Source: Mobula hypostoma (taxonomy: Eukaryota). From it: a stretch of DNA of 64,000 bases. The position numbers were made by a program, and so were the translations under genes. The notes beneath the pieces were generated by a model, which was given only the letters and a program-made list of their open reading frames with translations, was not told the DNA's origin and made no database searches. Positions 35,652 to 46,878 of the stretch are shown here, one piece after another. Within the stretch, counting starts at the first letter, position 1. The number at the start of each line of letters is the position of its first letter. The stretch lies in contig NC_086103.1 of the NCBI RefSeq assembly GCF_963921235.1, positions 4,836,001-4,900,000 on the forward strand, given 5' to 3'.

Positions 35652-36756
35652 CAGGCATTCATCTATTTTCTAAGATATTAACAGCTTCACAGTATGTGAG
35701 CTTAGTGCAGGAAAGTGTTTTTTGAAGTAAACAAAAAAAAACATGATCTTGTATTGAAAAGGCACAAGGAGCTGAATGAACTACCCCTGCTTCTGTTCTT
35801 ACGTTATTGCATGAAATATTAACTCCCTCCCCACAAATGCTGCCTGACATTGAGCTTTGAGCAGAGATCACTACAGCATTGTATAGGCCCTTCAGCCTGC
35901 AATGTTGTGCTGACTTTTTAATCCACTCTAAAATCAATCCAACCCTTTTCCTCCCACATAGCCCTTCATTTTCCTTTCATCCATGTGTTTATCTAACAGT
36001 TTCTTAAACATCCTTAATGTATCTGCCTCCACCCGACCTCTGGCAGCATTTTCAAGCACTCACCACTCTCTGTGTAAAAAACCTCCTCTCACTTCCTCCT
36101 GTACTTTCCTCGAATGACCTTAGAATGATACTCCCCTCATGTTAGCCAGTTGCATCCTTCAAAAAAGTCTCTGACTGCCTACTTGATCTAAGTCTCTTAC
36201 CAACTTCTATACCTCTAACAAGTCACCTCTCATCCTCCTTTGCTCCGAAGAGAAAAGCCATAGCGCGCTCAATCTGTCTTTGTGGCACGTGCTCTCTAAT
36301 GCAGGTAGCATCCTGGTAGATCTCCTCTGCACCCTCTCTGACCTTCTACATCATTCCAATGTTGAGCCTGCCAGGTATGTTTGGTATTTACTGCACTGCT
36401 GGTTGTTCATTCAAAGGTCTTGATTGATTCTATTTCTCACACCCTTTAAGCAGTACTTTCCAGATGGGAAACACCCTCTGTGTAAAAATGTTTTGTCTCA
36501 CGTTGCAGTGTCTACCACCCTTAGTTCATCAGATGTATCCCCTGGGATAGACTATTCAACAGAGGGAACAGCTTTACCCCATTGTCTAGACTCTCACTGT
36601 GATACAATAATGGTGTCTTTGCTGTTAGTTGCCAAAGTCCTAAACTCTTGACTTCCCACTTTATTCCAGAAATGTCTTAAAGGATGAGAAGGCAATAAAG
36701 AGAGAAGAATTATTTTCTTGTAGTTTAACTTTCCTATGTTTGCTGGTATTTTTATA

Positions 36757-37200
36757 TGATCACCTATTTTCACTTTATTAGGTACAGCACTCTTGTTAAT
36801 GCACATATTTGATTTGCCAATCATGTGGCAGCAGCTCAATGCATAAAAGTATGCAGACATGGTCAAGAAGTTCAGCTGTTGTTCAGACCAAACATCAGAA
36901 TGGGGAACAGATGTGATCTAAGTGACTTTGACCATGGAATAGTTGTTGGTGCCAGACAGGGAGGTTTGAGTATCTCAGAAACAGCTGATCTCACACACAA
37001 TAGTCTCTATAGTTGACAGAGAATGGTGCAAAAACAAATAATGTCCAGTGAGTGGAAACTCTGTGGGCAAAAATACCTTGTTACTGAGAGGGGTCAGAGG
37101 AGAATGACTAGACCTGGTCAATCTGGCAGGAAGGTAACCATACGCTCTGAGCATCTCTGAATGCACAACATGTTGAACCTTGAAATCAATAGGCTGCAGC
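36757..37200 (+). mobile_element. Tc1-like transposon relic (left end + transposase N-terminus)
   Basis: CACTTTATTAGGTACA TIR core; MGNRCDLSDFDHGIVVGARQGGLSISETADL. Confidence 0.8.
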
Positions 37201-38177
37201 TTCAAAGGACCTTTGAAGTGCATCCACACCAGGTAGGCATCAGGCCGAGTGGTCCCAGGTTGAAGTCCAGCTGGCTCCTTGCATGTTTTCCATCCATGCA
37301 GGCCTGAGTATCAAGCTGCCAACTCAGCCTCATAAAAAACAGACAAAACCACTAAAGAAACAGCAAATTTGCTGCCCGGAGCACCACAAGACATGAAAAG
37401 AAACAACAACAGTTGCTTCGGTATTTTTCTAGAAACTTCTTAGTTTTCAATAGCAGGTTTCATGACACTTGAATCTAGCTATTTTATAGGTTAATTGTTG
37501 TTATCTCTAGTCTGAGTACCAGATGACCATGACTTCTTTCTCCTTTGTTTTTTCTTTGTTCCCTTGTCTACTCTGTCTTGTTCGTAGCCCACTCTTGTAA
37601 CACTCTGTAAAATGGTCATAAGCAATAAGTTTTATGCCTAATTCTTGACTTCCAGAGAGGATTGGATCACAAAATATCAGGATCCATAGATGCAATCATT
37701 GCTGTACAGATTAATTTCAGGAATAATTAGGAGAACAGATTCAGAGATGTGCAGGGATTTGGGAAGGTTATAAACCTAAAGGAAATGATACAGTGGTGAC
37801 TCTTTCAGGAGAATTGAAAATAGGAATGAATATAACACTTAGAACTGGAAACATGCCAGATCATCAGTGCCAGGCAGAAAGCATTGAAGTAATGTGTAAA
37901 TGGACCAAGTGTGGGTCTTCACACAGGCATAGAGCTCTGGATGACCTCAAGCTGTATGTATTCTCCCATGGCTGGCAAATAAACTCGCAGTGCAATCTTT
38001 TGAAAATTTCTCAGAAATATCAGTACAGCATCCAAATTTATACTTAATATCATCATTGCAATTTTTTTTATATAATGTGCAATTGATTAAAACAGCCAAC
38101 CAATTCTGAACCTAAAATGGGTGCTAAAATCTGGGTACTCGGGAATTCTTGCCAAAGTAACAAGATTAAAATGCATA

Positions 38178-38640
38178 AACTCAAGAGATTATGCAGTTCC
38201 TGGAAATCCACAGCAACACACATAAGATGCTAGAGGAACTCAGCAGGTCAGGCAGCACCTGTGAAGAGGAATAAACAATTGATGTTTTGGGCTGAGACCC
38301 TTCATCAGGACTGGAAAGGGAGGGGAGAAAGAAAAAACGAGAACAGAATAAGAAGTGGGTTGGGGGTAGAGGAAGGAGTACAAGGTAGCATGTGATAGGT
38401 GAAGCCAGGTGAGCGGGAAGGTGGGTGGGTGAGGGGGATGGGTATGAGTTGAGAAGCTGGGAGGTGATAGGTGGAAGAGTTAAAGGGCTGAAGAAGAAGG
38501 GATCTGATAAGACAGGACAGTGGACCATGGAAGAAAGGGAGAGACCACAGGCAGCAGAGAGAGTGGATGGGCAGGTGAGGCGAAGAAGTTAAAAGGGGAG
38601 CCAGAACAGGAAATGGAGAATGAGAGAAGAGGGTGGGTGG
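38178..38640 (-). mobile_element. PLE 3' terminus with CpG-decayed hammerhead motif (38276-38313)
   Basis: CAGUC-CUGAUGA-A-GGG-UCUCAG-CCC-AAAA-C-AUC. Confidence 0.85.
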
Positions 38641-38927
38641 AGAAATGTCCAAAAGAGAAGGTGCATGATAGGGGTGGAGGATCGGAGCAATGAATACAAC
38701 CAGTGAACCCATTGTGACTAAGTCAGGGACACAACAGGCACTCATGACAAAGAGATATATTGAAGCAAAAATTGCTGGAATCAGCAGCAACACAGAAGGT
38801 GCTGGAAGCACTCAGCAGCTCTCCACCTGTAATGTTGTCTGTCCATTTCCCTCTGTAGATACAAAGTTCAAAGTAAATTTTATTATCAAAGTATATACAC
38901 GTCACCATACACGGTCCTGAGATTCAT

Positions 38928-39146
38928 AGCAACACACACAAAATGCTGGAGGAACTCAGCAGGCCAGGCAGCATCTATGGAACAGAGTAAACAGCCGACT
39001 ACACTTCAACTAATTCATCTGATAAAGGGTCTCGGCCAGAAACATTGACTGTTTACTCTTTCCCATAGATGCTGCCTGATTGGCTGAGTTCCTCCAGCAT
39101 TTTGTGTGTGTCGCTTTGGATGTCCAGCATCTGCAGATTTTCTCCT
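38928..39146. mobile_element. PLE fold-back mini-element inserted in a Rex 3'UTR
   Basis: ~70-bp inverted arms (38929-38999 / 39046-39114) around a loop containing a hammerhead remnant; ATTCA direct repeat in the flanks. Confidence 0.8.
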
Positions 39147-40723
39147 GCCCAATATTCACTTCCTTGCAGGCATACTCAATAAATACAAAGAGAAATAAAT
39201 AATAATAAATAAATATCAACAACAAGAGATGAAGAGGCCTTGAAAGTGAGTCCATTGGTTGTGGGAACATTTCAATGATGGAGCAAGTGAAGTTGAGTTA
39301 AGTTATCCCCTTTGGTTCAAAAGCATGATGGTTGAGGGGTAGTAACTCTTCCTCAACCTGGCGCTGCGTGTCCTGAGGCTCCTGTACCTTCTTCCTGATG
39401 CTGCCTGATCCATTGAGCTTCCCCAGTGTTTTTGTGCTACACAAGTGTTGAGACATCTACTTAATCTCATTCTCCAGCCTTCTCTCCATAGACCTTTAAT
39501 TCAAATATTTATTCACTTCCCATTTAAAAGCAATTATGGATTATGCTTCCACCACACTTTCTGCTGGTGCTTTCCATTTTCTGACTACTCTCTGTGCTCA
39601 AAAATAATTTAATTTTAATTCATACATGGGATGTGGGTGTTGCTGACAAGCGCAGCATTTTTTCACCCATCACTAATTTCCCTTGAGGAAGTGGTAGTGA
39701 GCAATTTAAAACACTACAGTCTGTGGGGTGAAGGATCTTCCATTGTGTTGTAAAATATCCTGACTTCTTTCTACATCCCTTTTTGCATTTAAACAACAAT
39801 TCCTGCCCACTCGCTTCCAGAAAGCAACACCGGCACTGAGGACATTTCTAAATGCTTTACAGTCTGTGAAGTACTTTTGAAGTATGGTTGCAATTATAAA
39901 GTAAGGAAAGCAATTGTAATAGAAGGCAGTCATTCAATCAGCAGGGAAACAGGCCATTTGGCCCATCTGTTCTGTGCCAACCAAGATTCACATCTAAGCT
40001 AGTTGCATTTACCCATGATTAATTGATTTTCAGATTCAGATTCAGATTTACTTATCACATGTACATCAGAACACCCGGGAAGTCAGAAGGCCAGGAAGCA
40101 TCTATGGAAAAGAACATACACGTATGGTCAATGTTTCAGACTGAGACCTTGGAAAAGAAGGGAGAAGGAGTCAGACTAATAAGGTGGGGGGGGGCGCGGG
40201 AGGAGGCAAGGAAGAACTACAAGGTGGCAGGTGATAGGTGAAACCGGGAAAGAGGAAGGGGGTGAGGTAAAGTCGATTGGTGAAAGAAATAAATGGCTGG
40301 AAAGTGGGGTATCTGGTAGGAGAGGAGAGTCCCTCCAGCAATTTGAGCGTGTTGCTTTGGATTTCCAGCATCTGCAGATTTTCTTATGTTTATGGCCACC
40401 CTCTGCTTGAAAGTGTTGCCCCTCTGGTTTCTATTAAGTCTCTCCCCCACACCTTAAATGCATGCCCTCTTTTTCTTTGTTCCACGACTTGAAAAACACT
40501 GTGTTTATTGATCAATTTTATATCTTTTATAAGATGTTTGAACAGAAAATTCTACAAAAGGTAGTGGATTCAGCCCAGTACTTAATGGTAAAGCCCTCCC
40601 AGCCACTGAGTGCATTTACCTGAAATGCTGTCACAGGAAAGCAGCATCAAATGAATAAAGTCCCAACCTGCTCAGCTTCTTTCCAGAAGTTAGTCCCTAG
40701 AATCCTAGCAATATCCTTGAATA

Positions 40724-40859
40724 AATATAAGATTCTGCAGATACTGGAAATCCAGAGTAACACACACAAAATGCTAGAGAAACTCAGCAGGTCGACAGCA
40801 TCTATGGAGAGGAACAAACAGCTGACATTTCATCAGGATGAAGGATCTTGGCCCAAAAC
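40724..40859. mobile_element. PLE mini-unit ending in an inverted hammerhead fragment
   Basis: 11-bp TSD ATCCTTGAATA (40713-40723 / 40860-40870). Confidence 0.7.
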
Positions 40860-41218
40860 ATCCTTGAATATTTGCTGTGCACTCTTTCCAGCCAAAAGCA
40901 GGGTGACCTAATGGAAAGTGAAAACAAATATTGCTGAACGATTGACTGCTGTTTGACCTGCTGAGTTTCTCCAGCATTTTGTGTTCGTTGCTCTGGATTT
41001 CCAGCATCTACATAATCTCTTTGTTGTTTTCAAAATGTGGCTCACTAATGTTTTGTACGATTGCAATGTAAAATTCCGGCCCCTATACTCATTGCTCTTA
41101 TTGGTAAAGGTCAGTGTGCTAAAGGCTTTCTTCACCAGCCTGTCCAGCTGCAAAACCTTTTTCAGGGAAGTTTAGTCAGCATGTATACAGCACATTCCCA
41201 CCTGCACCATTGTGATAA

Positions 41219-41704
41219 TGTCACAACCGGGGATCTTTTTAAAAAGAAAAGTTTTTTGTCGGTTGGTATGTGGACTGTATTTTTCTCAATGTCACCTCAT
41301 AGGTATGCATTGTCCTTGGATTGTTTACCTTTTAGGTCTAATTGTTTGCCTTTGCACCAGTCCTAACTTTGTCATTTGGGATCATTGGGGATTGCTAAAT
41401 TCTTTGTTTTTATCACTTTCATTCAGTTTGGGATCATTTAATGAGCACGGTATTGTTAATTGTTCCGGGGTGTATTTCGGAGGGGCATGCCAACCCCTTG
41501 TTGGGTCATGTGGTTCCTTGTCAGGTGAAACTCAAACCAAGTTCTTCTGTGTATCGTCAGTGGTTTCTGTTTATCAAGATTCAGTATAGCTTGCCTGAGC
41601 TGTTGTTAGTTTTCCTAGTTAATTTTTGAAATAAACCTTTAGTTTTATTTGAATTGCCAAAGTCTACTTGATTCCTGCACTTAAGTTCACTAGTGATCCT
41701 TACA
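41219..41704 (+). mobile_element. Solo LTR (486 bp, Gypsy/chromovirus-like)
   Basis: TGTCAC...TTACA termini; perfect 5-bp TSD GATAA; AATAAA at ~41630; CTGCACTT motif near the 3' end. Confidence 0.85.
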
Positions 41705-43047
41705 GATAACGGTTGGAGTATTTGCTTTTGTATTGTTGATAGACAGATAACATAGATACAGTAAATGCAAAGAAACACAATAGAATTAATGAAAAACTAC
41801 ACACAAAGCTGGACAAACACCAATGTGCAAAAGAGGACAAACTGTGCAAATACAAAAATAAATTAATAATAACAATAATAATAACTAATTAATAATATCA
41901 TCAGTTGTAAGGACCTTCAAAATGAGTCCACGGGCAGTGCAATCAGCTCATTATTGAGATGAGTAAGTTATCTATGCTGGTTCAGGAAGAGTAATAATTG
42001 TTCCTGAAGCTGGTGATGTGACCTAAAGTGCCTGTACCTCCTTCTCTATGGTAGCAGCGAGAAGAGAGCATGGCCTGGATGGTGGGAGTCCTTGCCGATG
42101 GATGCTGCTTTCTTGTGGCAACGCTCTTTGTAGATATGCTCAATGGTGGAGAGGAATTTTCCTTTGATGGACTGGGCTGTATCCACTACTTTTTGTAGGG
42201 TTTTCCATTCAAAGATGTCGGTGGTTCCATACCAGGTCATGATTCAACCAGCCAGGATACTCTCCACTGTGCATCCAGAGATGTTTGTCAGAGGTGGTGT
42301 AGGTCAAGTACCAGTCTTCACTGGAAGGCAGCATTCACCACCAAGGAGACCCACTTTCCAGTACATGCCTGTCATAGTTATTATTTTACTATGGATTTAT
42401 TCAGTATGCCCACAAGACAAAGAATTTCAGGGATGTACATGGTGACATATATGTACATTGATAATAAATTTATTTTGAACTTTAAACCTGATTCTGATAC
42501 CACCAGTCAAGTCAAAATAAATTTCTTATCAAAATACGTATAGTATATGTAACCCTATACTACCCTGAAATTCATTTTTCTTGCAGGCATTCATAAGAAA
42601 ATAAAGACATACAATAGAAGTTGTGAAAAAAAATTGTAAGTTGCAATGATGGACAAACAAGCAATGTGCAAAGGAAGACAAATTGTACATGTAAGAAAAA
42701 AGTAAATGAATAATACTGAGAACATGAGTTGCAGTCCTTGAAAGAGAGTCTAGAGGTCGTAGAGTCAATCCTGCATTGAGGTGTGTGAAGTTAGCTGGTT
42801 TAGGAGCCTGGTGGTTGTCGGGTATTAAATGGCAGGGCACACAATCAATGATTCGGAAATAATACCATCACCCCGCCCTACCACTGGGTTTCTGAACCCA
42901 TGAACTTTACCTCGTTATTCATTGTTTTGCAGTTTTTTGTGATTTATTTTAATCTTGTCTTGCACTGCACTGCTGCTGAGGAACAATAAATCTCACTTCA
43001 GACATGAGTGATCACAAACCCAATTCTTATTCAGCATTTTGCATGAA

Positions 43048-43594
43048 CACTCACTGGCCACTTTATTAGGTATCTCCTGGCGGTGACTGGGTGTATGTCC
43101 ATGGCCTTCTGCTACCATAGCCCATCCACTTGAAGGTTTGAATTGTTGTTCTTCAGAGGTGCTCTTCTGCACACCACTGTTCTCACCTGTAGTTATTTGA
43201 GTTACTGTCATCTTCCTGAATCAGTCTGGCTATTCTTCTCTGACCTCTCTCATTAACAAGTCGCTTTTGCCCATAGAACTGCCATTAACTAGACGTTTTC
43301 TTGTTTCTGGCAATATTCTCTGTAAACTCCAGAGATCGCTGTGCATGAAAATCCCAGATCAGCAATTTCTGAGATGCTCGAACCACCCTGTCTGCCACCA
43401 ACAATCATTCCATAGTCAAAGTCACTCAGGTCACATTTCCTGCCCAGTCTGATGTTTGATCTGAACAACAACTAAACCTCCTGACCCTGTCTGAATGCTT
43501 TTATACACTGAGTTGTTCCCACATAATTGGCTAATTAAATATTTGCATTAATATGCAAGTGTACAGGTGTACCTACTAAAGTCACCACTGACTG
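43048..43594 (-). mobile_element. Internally deleted Tc1-like transposon with both TIRs
   Basis: TIRs CACTCACTGGCCACTTTATTAGGTA / TACCTACTAAAGTCACCACTGACTG followed by TA; GRKCDLSDFDYGMIVGGRQGGSSISEIADLGFS. Confidence 0.85.
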
Positions 43595-45399
43595 TAGGTG
43601 TTTAGAGACATGAACCCACGACTTCCTAAGGGAGTTATGAATGAGACCCACTCAGCTATGACATTGTATAGCGCGGTAACCACATTTTCTCTGTCATAAG
43701 CTTTTACGTGGCAATCAATAATGTACTTTATCTTCAGAAGCTAAAACTTTTATTTTGATATATGTAACCATAACCTTTCAATTTTTATTCTGAAGAAACA
43801 TAGCAAAACTGCAAAGTTGCTGTTTCTTTTTAAAAGTAAAGCAGGGCCTCCCCGAACCCGCGTCAACTGCGGGAAGAACCCGAGACCTGCGAACTGCGCC
43901 TGACAGAGATGCATTGAGACATTACCACACAGTCCGAAGCTGTTTAATCACAGCGCCTCCGGTGGCTGAGTGTGGTACTGCAGTTCCTAACGTACCACTG
44001 AACCTGAATACTGCACAGTATTGTATTTGGAAACTTTCAGCGAAGGCTGTGCGAACAGGGACGTAACGAAGCACCGTAGATTAAGGTTTCGCGGACCCGG
44101 ACTCTGGAGAAATTGTGGCCCGGGTCTCAGCAAAAAGCCACCACGGTGCTGTAACTACTCGCTGCCACGATACCTCATGTTGCCGAATAGCGTAGCTAAC
44201 CTTTGTGTGTTTCCCCAAAATATTGGGGGCTGCATTGCAATGTGTCAAGAAGGGCAGGTGAAATGTTGCTCAACTCCCTCCGAACACGAGCAAAATCTTT
44301 AAATAGACTAAAACTTGTTTTTTCTTAGTTTCTTAGGCACATGGATGAAAGAAAAATGGTTATGCGGGAGGGAAGCTTTAGACTGATCTTAGAGCGGGTT
44401 AAAAAGTCGGCACAACATCATACGAGCCGAAGAGGTGTAGTGTACTGTTGTATATGAAACCATTAAAGGGAATATGGACTGTGGTTAAAAAAAAACGCCG
44501 TGCAACTTAAAACAGCTGAATTATTTGTTTTATAAGAGCAAATGGTCTGTAGCTGAGCGGTCATTAGATGAGTTATTGCATTAAATACAAAGTTAGTGGG
44601 GTCTCTGTCCGAAAATCGCTCATCCTCTTGCGTGGAATTTAGTTAAGGGAAGAATTTCTTGCGAGGTTGACTGTAGATGGCGTTCTCTCTCGTTAAAACG
44701 GGGTTCCTTTAAAGCTGCAACAAGTATAAACAGCTCTTGGAAAGCCGAGAGCTCCCTCGTATACAAGCACCACTCTCTCTCTCCCCCTCTCTCTCTCTCT
44801 CTCTCGCTCACTCGCTCTCTGAAGAAACCAGTAAGGTGTTCAGCGAGGAATCTCTCTCTTTCATTTGACTCAATGCATTTGTAGAGGGATCCCCGTACAC
44901 TCATCCATCGCGATACACGCGAGAAGGAACCGATCGGGAGAATCTACCCGTAAAGGTTTAGATTTATTTCTGGAAAACGAGGTGGATTTTTATTTTTTTA
45001 CGAAAGAATAACACAATGCGTAAACTGAGGGAAGAAACAATTTAACGGCACCGAGCTCCTGAAGTCTCTAACCAGTGGAATGCGGTAAAACAAGATTCAG
45101 TCTCTTATAATCACGTGTTGCTAGTCCGGATTTTTTAAAGATTTTTTTTCAAAAGAACTTATTAGCCTAATTTTATTTAATTTGAACCCGGATCGCTCGC
45201 ATATTTAATGTGCATGCGATTTGTGTGTGTGTGTGTGTAGCATGTTTTGATCTGCTTTTGGTTCTGTCCGAAGAGTTTGTTTATTAAAAACAAGTGTGGA
45301 CGTTGACTGGGTTGAATCATTTACACACACACTCACACACACACACACTCACACACCCCTCACCCCGATTACATGGAGCTGAGTTAGTTAAGGCTTGTG

Positions 45400-45648
45400 A
45401 CGCGCAGGGCGGGCGAGGCAAAAAAAAACTGCGAGACTGATTCGCTTTCACTGGGAGGAGTGAATGCGAGGGAGGGAGAGAAGGAGAGAGAGAGAGGGTG
45501 GAAGAGAAAGAGAGAGAGAGGGTGGAAGAGAAACATTGAGGAAGCGAGCGGACAGCGCCAAGCAGAGAGAGAGAGAAAAAAACAAGCAAAACTCCCAGAC
45601 CCATTGCTGCAGGCTTTCGCTTTGCTACTGACCCACTCTCTCGCCGAG
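45400..45648 (+). other. PCDH1: Putative non-coding first exon of PCDH1 (5' end uncertain)
   Basis: Strong donor GAG|GTAAGG at 45648/45649 upstream of a long pyrimidine tract and acceptor ACAG| at 46854. Confidence 0.55.
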
Positions 45649-46878
45649 GTAAGGGACATTGCAACAGAGACCCTTTAAAAAAATTCGGTTGCTTCTTTGG
45701 ATAAATTATATTAATTTCAGGGACCCTGTGTTACGTGTGTTTTAAGAGTGAAAATGCACCTGTGTTTGATTAGCAAGACTGGAGGTGCATTTAAATCGTG
45801 TCTCTGCTAAAATCCGAAGCTTGGCTTTAGAGCGACTGAGTACGCGCAGTGTTTAATAGCGGAAGATCGGACTTGCTGAAAAAAATACAGTAGCTTGGTT
45901 GGAAAACCTCGGTCATTTTAAAAGAGGGAACCCGCTTCTGATTTAATAAGGACCGGATCGGGAGGAATATCTCAGATTCCCACTGATTTTATTATAATGT
46001 CTGCGCAGCTCGCTCCGTGAATGCAAGGCGTAATGTTAGCGTGGGATTTTGTGTTTAAAATGATTACAATCTATCGTCCCTACTTCCTCATTCCCATCGC
46101 CCGGCATTGCAACAGCGAAGCAATATCTCATTTTCCCTCTGCCACTGTGTGTACTCACACCGAGACTACAGCTTTGTGCGTTCTCTCTCTCTCTCTTCTA
46201 TTCTTCCCTCTCCCCCTCTCCTATTCTTACTTTCCCCACCCCATACAGTCCTGGGAGATGTTAATCCCCAGCCGCCCTCCCCGAATTTGCCAGCGATGGT
46301 TTCTGCCCGCTCTGTTATCTGCATGTGCACTCTAGTGTAAGCAGACCCACAAAACCTCCCCGGCGTTTGCAAGCGGAGGGCTTTCTGAAATGGATTGTTT
46401 CAGTGAATGAGATTTTCTCAGCCGGGTCCGGAGCTTGTTGTAGAACGCGGGAGTGTCAGCTTCTTTCCTCACTGGTATCCACTTTAAGAGCCAGGCATTG
46501 CTGGAACCTTTGCGTTCGCTATTGAAATGGAGTGGTCTCGGAGCCGCATGGAACTCGGTGTATTCTCTTCAAATAAGTTGCATTGCAGTATTGATGTGAG
46601 CGATTAATTCTTGTTATAACACAGCATTTACAGGATGTAATATATAGTTTTGTTAATATTTTCAGCTGGATTTGTGAATTTGCTTTTATTCATAGTTTTT
46701 CTTTTGAAATCTCTTTCCCTCCCAACCATCACTCTTTTCCCTATACCTCACCCACCCACTCTCTCCACCTCCCTCCCTCTTTACTCCCCTATTTCTCCCC
46801 TTCCTCTCCCTTTCCCTCAACCCACCCCCTCCCACCACCCCTCCAACTTCACAGCTGGCAGCGCACTTGTTGACGCCG

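Noticed and set aside
46867-46878. ORF-track start of the protocadherin at 46867
   Set aside because: It is a TTG; the first in-frame ATG (CCG ATG G, good Kozak +4) is at 46879, directly before the signal peptide
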